The notes under the pieces were generated by a model. That model was not told the DNA's origin and did not search any database. It saw nothing but the letters and a program-made list of their open reading frames with translations. Below are positions 35,582 through 45,903 of a stretch of DNA of 64,000 nt, piece after piece. The stretch is from Clostridia bacterium (GTDB taxonomy: Bacteria; Bacillota; Clostridia; Oscillospirales; CAG-272): the NCBI GenBank assembly GCA_017447775.1, contig JAFSMU010000009.1, forward strand, positions 4,531 to 68,530, read 5' to 3'. A program made the translations under genes and the position numbers. Positions within the stretch are counted from its first letter, which is position 1. Every line of letters starts with the position of its first letter.

Positions 35582-35610
35582 ATTATATAATATAAAAATA
35601 ATTTTGTAAA
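35582..35610 (-). promoter_or_regulatory. Sigma-A promoter TTTACA-17-TATAAT for the sipW / McrB-like unit
   Basis: On the minus strand: -35 at 35605-35610, exactly 17-nt spacer, -10 at 35582-35587. Lies downstream of the giant-gene terminator. Confidence 0.6.
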
Positions 35611-35629
35611 GAGCATTTTTTCAAAAAAA

Positions 35630-35684
35630 GCAAAAAAGAGCGCATAATATCACGTCTTTTTTGATATTATGCGCTGTTTTTTTG
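35630..35684 (-). terminator. Strong rho-independent terminator after the giant gene
   Basis: 13-bp stem AGCGCATAATATC/GATATTATGCGCT, followed on the minus strand by CTTTTTTGCTTTTTTT. Confidence 0.8.
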
Positions 35685-35707
35685 TGTTTGCCGCCCGTCA
35701 GGACTCA

Positions 35708-38700
35708 TTAAGGTTGCTTTTCGGGTATGAAATCCGGGATTATACGTGCGTTTGTGTAGATTATAAAGTTGCTGCTTTCCGACGGATGAAGCTCGTCATA
35801 TCCGCCGCCACCGTCGCTCTTTATAAGCTTGACGGACAATACGATCTTGTAATTCGAATACGTCAGATTCCTGCTTTCAAATTCGCTGCCCGTAAGGACG
35901 GTGAAGTTTATCGGGATCAGCAGTTTTTCGCCCGTTATGTCGTCAATATCATCCCTGTTCATGATGAACTCGTAAGTTGAGCCGCTTCTGCTCGACGAAA
36001 CGGCGGTGACGCCTTCAAGTGAGACGTCGGTCATATACGTTCCCACATTTAGCGGAGTCGTATATCCGTCAGACTTGCAGAAAAGCTGAATACTTGCCAT
36101 GACAAGATCGTAGTCTTCTGCCAAGTCGATTATCGTACTGATGTCTTGCTCGCCTATCGTGCGGATAAGTATCCTCGTAAGGTTATTCGAATCGAGAGGA
36201 TTTATACCGAGAGAGCCGTAATCGCCGAATTCGGAGTCGTTTCTGACGTTGAATTCAAGTTTTGCCGACTTTGTTTCGCGGTAGTAGTAAACATGGGCAT
36301 TATCATCAGACATCGATTCCGATGATTTGCTGAACGCCGTCGTCGATGCGTCATATCCCATATTTGAGCTGCCGGAAATAACAGTACCTATCGTTCTGTC
36401 CGTAACATCGGTCTTGGCCGGGAACTGATCGGTGATGTTCCCTTCTCCAGAATATTCGATCGATACGCTCGCCGTTATCGTAACGGCTCCACGCAGCATT
36501 CCGTTGTTGTCATACAGGTAGCTGTTCAGCGGAACGTTGTTAGAAAATTCGATATAGCTTTCTTTTTGGTCCACCGAAGGATAACTCGTGCTTGCGGAAC
36601 CCGCTATCGAATACGTGCCGGAGCATGCGGGCGAGCCGACGATGAGCTTTCTGCTTGCGCCGCTTGAATCGGTCATCGTGAGGTTTATCAAAAAGCTTTG
36701 ATAAATATGTATTCCCGACGAACTGTTGGGCGCGAGGTATCCGCTGACTTGCGGAGAAATCGTATTGTCAACACTTACGGATACGCTCATATCGGCGGTA
36801 AGCGTGCGGTTTGTCGTCGACATCTCTTCGACGCCGTTCGTCGCCCAAAGCGTAGCGTCATCTTGAATGAAGATGTTGCCCATTATCAGACGCGCGGTGC
36901 CGCTTCCCTGCTGCAGTTCATGAATATCGTTTACACGGGACGGGTATTTAGGATCCGCAAGATCGGTATCCGTCGAGATCGAGTAGTTGCTGACGGAAGT
37001 GCTGTCATTTGCCTCCGTGAAGAACGAGATATAGTAGCTTTCATTAGCGTCAACATATTTATAATGAGGATCCCCGCTGTCCGAAATATAGGTATTCTTG
37101 ACAGTAAGTTTATAATGCTGTTTGCTTGAATCGGTGGCTTCCGCGATCCTGAAGAACTTCGTCGTTCCGTTCTTCGATGCTTTTGCCGTGGCAACGCCTT
37201 CCGATTCCGCCTCGACAAATCTGCCGCCCGTTTCCGTTTCATATTCGATATCCAAAAGATCGGTCAGCGGTATCGGCGAAAACTTTGCCGAATTTGGATC
37301 GTCGAGATCTTCAGTAAACTTGGACAAGTCTATATATCCGTTCTTGTATGCGTCGCCAAAGCGGGCGTAATACGGCTTACCGCCTCTGTTTCTGTCGACA
37401 AGAACAAGGATCGTATCGTCGTCAAGAGGGCTTGCCGATCCCGTGTTTTCAAATTTGATCATCTTGTCGTAATTTCGGTAAAGTTCCCCGTTGTCGAGGG
37501 CGATCTGCCATTCTTCGACAGAGCGCATATAAAAGTACTCGAAATAAATGCTTACAGGTGCGCCGAGGTTTTCCATAAGCGGTTTGCCGAATCTGCTGTC
37601 ATCGGTCAGCGGGTCTCCGTCGGGATCGCTGTACCAGTTGTGATCGTAGTTCGTTCCCGCGCCTGTGGCGACCTTGAACTCGTACACCATGAGTTTTTTA
37701 ACGATCACTGGTATATACAGGTGATATGCGACTTTTCCCGAGTCGTTGGGATCAAAGAACTTGACGTCGATAAGCGTGAACATCGTTCCCGACGTATCGT
37801 AGTCGACACCCGTCATGTAGAATTCGCCGTTCGATGTGTCTCTTCCGAGGTTTGCCGCCTCGCTTGACTTCACAAAGCCCGAGTTTTCATCAAATTCCAT
37901 GCGGTATATTCCCACATCATAAACGTTTGAAACGTTTGACGTATAATCATATTTTGTATTTGCTATGATGTTAATATACGAATTGATCATTTCCGTGGTA
38001 TTTGCACGCGAAACGTCTTCAACAACGAGGACCGCAAAGTCATCTGTAAGAGAAGTTCCCTGCTCTGCTTTGAACGTTGAAAGCTTGGACAAATACTTGT
38101 TGAATTTTGTTATATATTCAGCGGAATATTTATACAGCTTTTGTCCGTTTTCGTTCTTTATATCGTAGAATACAAGACCTTCTATGGTGCTTGAAATACC
38201 TTCTTTGGTGCTTGAAATACCGTCGCCCGTGAGATGTAAATGATTGTCTCCTATCGGGAGATACGGATTTCCGACAACGTAAGGCGAGTGTTCGTCAACG
38301 TTTGTTTCGCCGTTTACGGAAATATAGGACGTGTTATTGTTGACGCCGAGAGATGTGCCGTCGTAGTCGGCAAGAACGACGTAGCCGTTCGTGCCGAAAT
38401 ATCCCTTGTTTGAATCGTTTGAATCATAATGCGCCACAGGTGTTACGGAATTTCCGGTTGCTGCTCCGCCCTGAACAGACACGCCGACAAGTTTGATGAC
38501 GGCAGATTTTGCGTTTGTTCCGACGATCAGACCGACACTTCTATTGCCGCTGGCGGTATATGTTACGTCGTTTATCAAAATGTTATGCCCGTAAAGAGTT
38601 CCGTTATCGGAAAGAGAGCCCGCCAAGCCGCCGATGCCATATAAATACTCGTCACTTGCACTTGAAACATTTGAAATTCTTTCTAGATAACAGTTCTGCA

Positions 38701-41700
38701 GAATCACATCTTCAAGATCAACATAGTTTCCACTGCCAAGAGCCAGTGTTCCGAATAAGCCGCCGGCACCCGCTTTTTCCGCGTTTTTGGAAGATAAGAT
38801 CTGATAATCGTTTATGAAAATTTCAGACAATTTAAGAGTAACGCCGGAGTTGAAGTTATATCCGATAATGCCGCCGGTCATATTTGTTCCGTCGATTTTT
38901 TTGTCCTGATTTCCGGTGTTGCCGTTAATGGTGACATTTTTCATCGATCCGGTAATGCCGTTTCGCGAGCATCCGATAATGCCGCCGACCGTGTTTCCGA
39001 AAATATCGACGCCCTCGACGGTACAGGTATCAAAATCAAGTTTTGATTTTTCAATTCTTCCGAACATACCGCCGAGCATGACCTTATATCTCATGTCGCT
39101 CGGTTTTCTGTTCCTTTTGGTTGCGTTGATAATTCCGCCGGTAACTTTGACGTATTTTACCGTCATTGTTTTTGAAGTACTATTTGTACTTGCATATCCG
39201 CAAATGCCTCCGCCACAGTGGAACATCTGGCTGAAATCCTTGAAATCTATCTTTGCGCAGCTCGGCTCGCCTTTCACTTCGACTTTAGTAAGCCCGATCA
39301 CAGCCGTGTTGTTTGAACTTCCGGTGATGGACAGAGTTGCGTTGTTAAAATATCCGATAAGACCGCCCGCACAGAATCCCGCGGTAACGCTGAGATTGCT
39401 TGCGCTCGGATCGGTTATCGTAAGTGTTTTGGCATTATCATATCCGATAAGACCGCCTACGTATTTTGCACCTTCAACAGAAAAATCGTTCGGCGATGCG
39501 CCCGTGCCGAGAGCTACATTTGTGATGTATGTAGTATTTGCAATAGTTCCCGCAAGACCACCTGCGTGAAGAAGCGTATTTGCCTCTATTCTGTCCTGAA
39601 CGTCTGGATAAAAGCCGGTCGTATTATTATAGTTGTGCCATTCGTAAGCATAGAGTATATTCGCACCGTTTGACGCCTTTCTGACGTCGTAGAATACGCT
39701 GCCGGTAAGAGTCAGATTTTCAATACAGTTGGTGCTTGAAGCACTCATGTGATACATGTTGTTGAACAAACCGAATCCCGAATTTTCAACAGCCTTGTAA
39801 TTTTCTATAGTCGCTATAGTCGTGTTGGATTTTGTGCTTTGATTCCCCGATTCATGGTTGTATTCCTGATAGAAAATATCCATGTTTATCGTTGCCCCGC
39901 CGGGTCCGCCGGTGAGCTTTTGGAAGCGGAGTTTGAAAGCATTGGAAGTGCTGAAATTGTTGCCGATGCCGCGATATCCCGCGCCGATATCGGCATCCGA
40001 AACGGTAATTGTCGATACGGCGGCATTGTCTCCGTTGCCGCAGATGCTTCTCGCGCGGTACATATTGTTGTCTTTTGTCGTGTACTGACGAACGATATAC
40101 GGTATCTTCGTGCTTCCGCTGAAAACGTTTTTAGACGCAACATTGTCAAAGTAGTCGTGGCCCGAGGCGTTGACGGCGTCTGTTCCGACCTCATCGAAGT
40201 TTCCGTTTCTCGCGCAGGTGTAGCTTCTGTAAGCACTGTACGGATTCTTTAACGTGTTGTCATACGCCTTTTCGGTGCTTGCATTGTACTGTGCACTTCC
40301 CGCGCCGCTGTTGACGATGGCTGCAAGAACGTAAAGCGCCTGACCGTCAGCTATCGTTATCTCGTGGCTCGACGCACTCGACGCCGTAACCGTAACATTG
40401 AGCTTCGTTCCGTTCGGGTCGAGATCGGGGATAGCATAGTTTTTCGTGCCGTTGTTCATTGTCACGGCACTTGAATTGCAGTTATAAGACGATGTCTCCG
40501 TAAACGCATATCCCGATACTACCCTGCCGATAATCGGGTTCACGTAAAGATATTTCGCCGTTCTCGTCGAATACTCGGAGAGTAGTGCGCTTGTGTTACT
40601 GTCCGTAACCGTTGCGTCATTTATCCTTGCGCATACAGAGGCGGTCAGACCGGTGTGGGTCGCCGATTCCATATTGCGGAAGATCACACCGCCGCTGACA
40701 ACAACGCCGACATATCCGCCAACGGGAGCAAGATTCACACAGGTGGAATTATTATCAAACGTGATGGACGCCGACTCGCCGAACGTAACGCCTACATTAT
40801 CGATTATATTATCGCCTCCCATAACACGCCCGATGACCGTGCCGTAAGCAGAGCAACCGCCTTCATACTGGAAAGTGGCGACCGTCGCTTGCGTTACCGT
40901 AACCGTCGCGTCAAGCTGTACGATCAAATTCTTTATGACGCAGCCGTTCGACGCATAGATGAGCGGAACGTTCGATTTGTTGACTATCGTCGGATATACG
41001 CCGGCATTGTTGCGTCCCACTATAACGCCGCGGAACGCGTACGGACTTTCGTAATTGTCGGTCGCAACGGCGCCGTTGGACGCGCCGAGCCCGTAAAATC
41101 CGCTCGCCGGTATTGTAACGGTACTTGCTATCTCGTAGTACGCGCCCGCAAGATATTTTCGCACGCTGAGTTTTTCTTCTGCCGTCAAATTGTTGTACGT
41201 ATATTCGACGTCGGTGGCGTTATCAGAGCACCACATGGTCGGCGACGCATAGTCTGTCGGAAGAGTTATTTTGAAGTTCGCGTCAACCGAATCTCCACGT
41301 ATTATCTGCGATATGGAGACGAGTTGTTTGCCCGACGTGATGACATACGGGTGGTTGTATTTTCCGCATCCTTCCGTAAGCGATGCGGAAGTGAGGTTTA
41401 CGGAAAGTTCGTGTTTGAACTCCGCATTGTTGTACGCGACGTAAACGTACGGCAAAAATCCCGTGCTGAACGAGAAATTATCTGTCGTCGTCAACGAAGT
41501 GGGGTTCGTGAAATAGTCGCTCGCGAGGTAGTTTTTCTGCTCGTTCGGGTGTTCCAAAGAAGACGTTACTTCTTTACCGTATGTAACTTTATGCAAAGCG
41601 GCTCCGCCGGCAGTCCAGTCTTCATCAAACGCATAGTTATATACGCCAGAGCAGTTCGTGTTATACATGAAGCTGTCGAGAAGCGTGGCGCGCGAGAAGA

Positions 41701-44700
41701 TCGTCGTCGAAGTGCCGTATTTCGACGTCAAACTTTCGTCTGCATCGGAATTTGACAATGCTGAAGTGCGCGCATCGAGAGCGATGTGCGAGAAGTTGAG
41801 GTTTATATCCTTTGCCGTGGTCGAGCCGACCAAGCCGATAAGGCTGGACGCGGCATAACCCGACAGTCCGGAATATCCGGCCGCCGACGTGCTGACGTTG
41901 TTCAGCGTCAGGTTTGTGTTCAGCGCCACTTTATTGACGAGAAGCGGAGCGTATTTCCATACGGCGTCGACCTGTGCCGATGCGCCGGAAACCTTTGCGC
42001 CGTCGAGCGAAATGCTGCCGCTGCACGTCAGCGTCGTTCTGTTGTCGGAGTCGCCGCCGAGCGTTCCGCAGATGATGAATCCCGAACCGAAATAGTTGAG
42101 CGAAACGTCTCCCTGAAGTGTGAGTTTGCCGGCAAGATTCAGCGAGCCGGTGTAATTCTTGAAAAGACCGGCGTGCATGAGATAATGCTGGGTATAATCG
42201 CCGCCGGACGAAGCACGAAGAGTCGTGCGGGCAAAACCGTCTCCGCCGCCGAGAGCTTCTCCTGCTTCTATCTTTGAGTTATAGAATTTGAGAGTCGAGG
42301 TATTTATTCTCATACCGGTCGCGTCAACGGGATAGTATGAGTATCCGTTCATATCATACGTTCCAGAAAGAGTCGATTCGAGAGGATTATTAAACAGCGT
42401 TTTGAGTTTAGAGTGAGCGTATCTGTTAAGACTCCACATCATAAGTTTTTGCGGATCCGACAGAGACCCTGACGCTGTTGTACGGAAAGTATCGAGATTA
42501 TAGTAATAACGCGTGTTTTTGTTCGATTTGGTCGCGTACGACGTTTGATTCTGATATGTATTGCATGCGCTGCCGTCCATTACAAGCGGAGCGCCGCCCG
42601 CCGTGCGAATGGATACAATGGCCTGACCGTTATCTTCGATATTGGTGCCGGGAACAACGGTATAGGCAACTATTTCATCGAAAACGGAATACGTGCCTGT
42701 CAAATTCGTTGCGGATATATCGTATCCGTCCGAAACGAGTTCGAGATAGAGTGCGGAATAGAGTGCGGAGTTGCCGTCCGACGAATAGCCGTCGTTAACA
42801 ATAAATCCGAAGGAATCAGCGGTGACACCCGTGCTGATTTTCGCCTGATTGACCAAAACGTGATTTACACGCCAGTAACCCGTTCCTTTATATACAAGCG
42901 CCGCCACGTTGACGTTTGACGATCCGGAAGCAACGCTGATCGAAGGCGGATTTGCGCCGCTGCCGCCTATCGTTACGCCGTCGGTGCTTCCGTCTGTGCC
43001 GATGACAACGTTCGTATCAAGCCATGCCCAGCCGAGGAACGCACCGGATCCGGCTTTCCTTGCGTCGGAGTTCGACGTTTTCGTCGTTATAGACGTGCCG
43101 TTCGGTATCGTTACGTTATTAAGCTGAACGGTGCGCGTATTTAAGCTCGCGTTTGTTCCTGCTTTGACGATATAGCAGATAAGACCGCCGTAGCGCGAGT
43201 CTGTATACTGCGTTGAAGATGAGTTTGAATACGAGCCGCCGACTGACGTATCGTCAACGTCAAAAGTAATACTTCCCGTGGTGGCGACATAACCGATCGC
43301 TCCGCCGAAATACGTGCTGGAGTTTATTTTATCGGCTGCCATTGTGTTTTTAACGGTCGTTGTAGTACCAAACACGCAGTCGTCGATTTTGATTGTGCCT
43401 ACGGAATCCAAATCTATGTATCCTACGGCGCCGCCGCAGTAAACGTAGTTGTCTTTGTTGGTAACATAAACTATATTTTCCTGGCTTGTCGTAACGTTAT
43501 TGAGAGTCAGCGCTTTGCCGGATGTGGTATTCGACGAAGCGATGAGTCCGCCTATGCGAAGAGACGAATCTTCGACGACGGAAAAATATCCGTCAATCGT
43601 CAGATCCTTTATCGTTGCGTTGCTCGTTTTCGAGAAAAGTCCCTGGAAATTATGTCCGCTTGACGAAGCCCTTATCGTGCCGAAACCGTTATTGCCTCTG
43701 TCGTTGACTGAATCTATTTTCGCAAAAGTATTCTTATATCCGTACGGCTCTCCGACGGCAAATGTTATTTTATGATTGCCGCCGTCGAACGTTCCGCTGT
43801 ATACGTATTCGACTGATACGTCCTTATCACGCATAAACCCGAGAATGCCCGTGCCCGAAAGGTCGATGTCGGCCGAAAGACTCAGATTCGACGAAAGAAG
43901 TTGTTTTCTGCGGGTAGACGTCGATGCGAATTTCAACGCGCCGCGATCCTGATCGTTGAGCTGAATATTGAGCGCCGTTTTGATGAAATCTTTGACCGTG
44001 CCAATAGACAAAACGGGATTTTCAACGGTAACGGTATGTTCTGTAGTGCCGAGCGTAAAGAAATCACTTTCCAAAAGTCCGTTTGCCGTGCTGAGACGAA
44101 GCACTTCGCCCCAGTCGTTTATGTCGTTGACGTTGCTGTTTGCGCGGATGAAAGTCCATCCCGATCCCTCGTCAGTTCCAGATCCGAGCGCGTAAACCAG
44201 CCCGTCGCCGCGCGTGCCGACAAGGTGAGCAGTTGAAAATTGAGCGCCGTGGAAATCGGTAGTTCCCTGTATACGCACAACGCCCGAGCCCTGGTTGCTG
44301 ACAAGCCCCGAATTGAATTTTGATCCGGTTGCGTGGATAGTGCCGCTTATATCAAGAAAGCTTCCCGCTGCATCGTTCATTCCGCCGACAAGCGCCGCAG
44401 ATAAATTCGAAGCGCTTCCGGAAGAATTCACCGAAACGCCGCTGATACTTGAATATACAGGATTACTGTAAAATTTCCCTATGATTCCTCCGCTTATTGT
44501 TCCGTTTGAAATGTTCATATGAACATTGGTATTTTGAACATTTAATTCTTTTTCAAGCGGAGCTGTCGCATTGTTTACATAAGTGCCGATCACACCGCCG
44601 CAGTTTTTGCAGTTTTCAAAAGACACTTTTTTGTTATACGTCGGATTTGTCGAAACGTGAGCGGGATTTCCGCTTGTCGTCAACGTGTCTCCGCCGTCAA

Positions 44701-45859
44701 CGGTAACGCTGACAGACGTTTCGAGCTTGCCGATTATTCCGCCGCAATCCGCCGACTGCGGCATCCCGCTCGAGCTGCTGCCCGCGGTGAAATCCGTTTT
44801 TATCTGCGAAAGATCAAAAGTGCGCACGTCGGCTGAAGCACCGGTGCCGTTCCCTTTCGTGCTTTCGTAATAACCGTATATGCCGCCCGCACCGAGATTG
44901 CCGACTACGTTTTTGGTGATATTTATCGTTTTGCCCGATCCGATCTCAAGCTCTGCATTTTCGGCGTGTCCCGCGATCCCGCCGCCGAAGCCGGAAGAAG
45001 AAACGACTTTGCACACAGAAGTAAAGTCATCGTCGTCATCGTCGATTATAAGTATAAGCTTTGCGCCGTCTTCCATTTTGCCGACGATACCGCCAGCATT
45101 TGCTCCGGACGAGGTAACGGTAAATTCGGAACTTGCGGTGATCTTTGCCGTGAGTTCGGCTCCGGATTTCATGGTTCCGCAAATCGTGCCGACGTCATTT
45201 GCGCTTACAACGTTTGATACGCCGCTTGAGTTATCTGATGAGAAGAAAGATGTATGGGTAAACTCGATATTCGCCTTTGCTCCTTCTTCCATAGTGCCGA
45301 TAACGCCGGCAAAACTGTAAGCGTGTTTGTTTGCATTGTCGCGCGCGTCGACGTCGAGAGTTATTTTCCATTCAACCGACGAGCCCGACTGCTCCACGTA
45401 GTCCGCAAATATCGGCTTGTCGACGCCATCAACCGTTCTGTGAAGTATGAGTTCTCTAGAGTGTTTGTTTTCGTCAACTATTTCAGCGCCTGTCGTTATT
45501 CCGCCGAAAAGCGACGTCTGAAGATAAAACTCATTTGTTGCGCTACTCGGTATGACTATCTTGCCGTTGAACGGACGCGCTTTCGTTCCTATCCCGACAA
45601 ACGTGCTGTCGAGCTCGAAACTCGAACCGCTTGCAAGCGAAAAGTTAAGCGTGTCGTTCGGGTTGCGGTTGCCGGCGGCATACGCGGCGGCGTATGTTAC
45701 AAGAGCTTCAGAATCGTTAATTGGTATTTGTTGCGGAGCTTCTTCTGCGTGAACGGTATTATTGCTCAGTGCGAGCATCGCCGTAAAAACGAACGCGAAC
45801 ACAAAGGCGCATGACAAGATCCGCCTTAAATTATTTTTGTTGTGTCTTACTGTTTTCAT
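35708..45859 (-). CDS. Giant (~3,383 aa) secreted GLUG-motif / parallel beta-helix surface protein
   Basis: Single uninterrupted ORF. ATG 45859 preferred (GGAAGGA SD). Sec signal peptide ends in VHA-EE. More than 20 GG(I/L)(I/V/A)G-type GLUG-like repeats from about aa 260 to 2420. The roughly 970-aa C-terminal region is non-repetitive. No LPXTG, TM, SLH or dockerin was seen. Confidence 0.85.
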   Translation of the reverse strand: MKTVRHNKNNLRRILSCAFVFAFVFTAMLALSNNTVHAEEAPQQIPINDSEALVTYAAAYAAGNRNPNDTLNFSLASGSSFELDSTFVGIGTKARPFNGKIVIPSSATNEFYLQTSLFGGITTGAEIVDENKHSRELILHRTVDGVDKPIFADYVEQSGSSVEWKITLDVDARDNANKHAYSFAGVIGTMEEGAKANIEFTHTSFFSSDNSSGVSNVVSANDVGTICGTMKSGAELTAKITASSEFTVTSSGANAGGIVGKMEDGAKLILIIDDDDDDFTSVCKVVSSSGFGGGIAGHAENAELEIGSGKTINITKNVVGNLGAGGIYGYYESTKGNGTGASADVRTFDLSQIKTDFTAGSSSSGMPQSADCGGIIGKLETSVSVTVDGGDTLTTSGNPAHVSTNPTYNKKVSFENCKNCGGVIGTYVNNATAPLEKELNVQNTNVHMNISNGTISGGIIGKFYSNPVYSSISGVSVNSSGSASNLSAALVGGMNDAAGSFLDISGTIHATGSKFNSGLVSNQGSGVVRIQGTTDFHGAQFSTAHLVGTRGDGLVYALGSGTDEGSGWTFIRANSNVNDINDWGEVLRLSTANGLLESDFFTLGTTEHTVTVENPVLSIGTVKDFIKTALNIQLNDQDRGALKFASTSTRRKQLLSSNLSLSADIDLSGTGILGFMRDKDVSVEYVYSGTFDGGNHKITFAVGEPYGYKNTFAKIDSVNDRGNNGFGTIRASSSGHNFQGLFSKTSNATIKDLTIDGYFSVVEDSSLRIGGLIASSNTTSGKALTLNNVTTSQENIVYVTNKDNYVYCGGAVGYIDLDSVGTIKIDDCVFGTTTTVKNTMAADKINSSTYFGGAIGYVATTGSITFDVDDTSVGGSYSNSSSTQYTDSRYGGLICYIVKAGTNASLNTRTVQLNNVTIPNGTSITTKTSNSDARKAGSGAFLGWAWLDTNVVIGTDGSTDGVTIGGSGANPPSISVASGSSNVNVAALVYKGTGYWRVNHVLVNQAKISTGVTADSFGFIVNDGYSSDGNSALYSALYLELVSDGYDISATNLTGTYSVFDEIVAYTVVPGTNIEDNGQAIVSIRTAGGAPLVMDGSACNTYQNQTSYATKSNKNTRYYYNLDTFRTTASGSLSDPQKLMMWSLNRYAHSKLKTLFNNPLESTLSGTYDMNGYSYYPVDATGMRINTSTLKFYNSKIEAGEALGGGDGFARTTLRASSGGDYTQHYLMHAGLFKNYTGSLNLAGKLTLQGDVSLNYFGSGFIICGTLGGDSDNRTTLTCSGSISLDGAKVSGASAQVDAVWKYAPLLVNKVALNTNLTLNNVSTSAAGYSGLSGYAASSLIGLVGSTTAKDINLNFSHIALDARTSALSNSDADESLTSKYGTSTTIFSRATLLDSFMYNTNCSGVYNYAFDEDWTAGGAALHKVTYGKEVTSSLEHPNEQKNYLASDYFTNPTSLTTTDNFSFSTGFLPYVYVAYNNAEFKHELSVNLTSASLTEGCGKYNHPYVITSGKQLVSISQIIRGDSVDANFKITLPTDYASPTMWCSDNATDVEYTYNNLTAEEKLSVRKYLAGAYYEIASTVTIPASGFYGLGASNGAVATDNYESPYAFRGVIVGRNNAGVYPTIVNKSNVPLIYASNGCVIKNLIVQLDATVTVTQATVATFQYEGGCSAYGTVIGRVMGGDNIIDNVGVTFGESASITFDNNSTCVNLAPVGGYVGVVVSGGVIFRNMESATHTGLTASVCARINDATVTDSNTSALLSEYSTRTAKYLYVNPIIGRVVSGYAFTETSSYNCNSSAVTMNNGTKNYAIPDLDPNGTKLNVTVTASSASSHEITIADGQALYVLAAIVNSGAGSAQYNASTEKAYDNTLKNPYSAYRSYTCARNGNFDEVGTDAVNASGHDYFDNVASKNVFSGSTKIPYIVRQYTTKDNNMYRARSICGNGDNAAVSTITVSDADIGAGYRGIGNNFSTSNAFKLRFQKLTGGPGGATINMDIFYQEYNHESGNQSTKSNTTIATIENYKAVENSGFGLFNNMYHMSASSTNCIENLTLTGSVFYDVRKASNGANILYAYEWHNYNNTTGFYPDVQDRIEANTLLHAGGLAGTIANTTYITNVALGTGASPNDFSVEGAKYVGGLIGYDNAKTLTITDPSASNLSVTAGFCAGGLIGYFNNATLSITGSSNNTAVIGLTKVEVKGEPSCAKIDFKDFSQMFHCGGGICGYASTNSTSKTMTVKYVKVTGGIINATKRNRKPSDMRYKVMLGGMFGRIEKSKLDFDTCTVEGVDIFGNTVGGIIGCSRNGITGSMKNVTINGNTGNQDKKIDGTNMTGGIIGYNFNSGVTLKLSEIFINDYQILSSKNAEKAGAGGLFGTLALGSGNYVDLEDVILQNCYLERISNVSSASDEYLYGIGGLAGSLSDNGTLYGHNILINDVTYTASGNRSVGLIVGTNAKSAVIKLVGVSVQGGAATGNSVTPVAHYDSNDSNKGYFGTNGYVVLADYDGTSLGVNNNTSYISVNGETNVDEHSPYVVGNPYLPIGDNHLHLTGDGISSTKEGISSTIEGLVFYDIKNENGQKLYKYSAEYITKFNKYLSKLSTFKAEQGTSLTDDFAVLVVEDVSRANTTEMINSYINIIANTKYDYTSNVSNVYDVGIYRMEFDENSGFVKSSEAANLGRDTSNGEFYMTGVDYDTSGTMFTLIDVKFFDPNDSGKVAYHLYIPVIVKKLMVYEFKVATGAGTNYDHNWYSDPDGDPLTDDSRFGKPLMENLGAPVSIYFEYFYMRSVEEWQIALDNGELYRNYDKMIKFENTGSASPLDDDTILVLVDRNRGGKPYYARFGDAYKNGYIDLSKFTEDLDDPNSAKFSPIPLTDLLDIEYETETGGRFVEAESEGVATAKASKNGTTKFFRIAEATDSSKQHYKLTVKNTYISDSGDPHYKYVDANESYYISFFTEANDSTSVSNYSISTDTDLADPKYPSRVNDIHELQQGSGTARLIMGNIFIQDDATLWATNGVEEMSTTNRTLTADMSVSVSVDNTISPQVSGYLAPNSSSGIHIYQSFLINLTMTDSSGASRKLIVGSPACSGTYSIAGSASTSYPSVDQKESYIEFSNNVPLNSYLYDNNGMLRGAVTITASVSIEYSGEGNITDQFPAKTDVTDRTIGTVISGSSNMGYDASTTAFSKSSESMSDDNAHVYYYRETKSAKLEFNVRNDSEFGDYGSLGINPLDSNNLTRILIRTIGEQDISTIIDLAEDYDLVMASIQLFCKSDGYTTPLNVGTYMTDVSLEGVTAVSSSRSGSTYEFIMNRDDIDDITGEKLLIPINFTVLTGSEFESRNLTYSNYKIVLSVKLIKSDGGGGYDELHPSESSNFIIYTNARIIPDFIPEKQP

Positions 45860-45903
45860 GGCTGTTCCTTCCGTATTCTTCAAAATGTCGGGAAATCAAT
45901 ATC

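Noticed and set aside
35708-45883. Dozens of 60-366-aa ORFs in the track on the plus strand and in other frames across the giant gene (for example 40655..41755, 45254..45814 and 38916..39569).
   Set aside because: They lie entirely within one uninterrupted 10.2-kb minus-strand ORF that has coherent repeat structure, a signal peptide, an SD and a terminator. Their translations are low-complexity, Arg/Val-rich shadow frames typical of antisense reading of GC-rich coding DNA.
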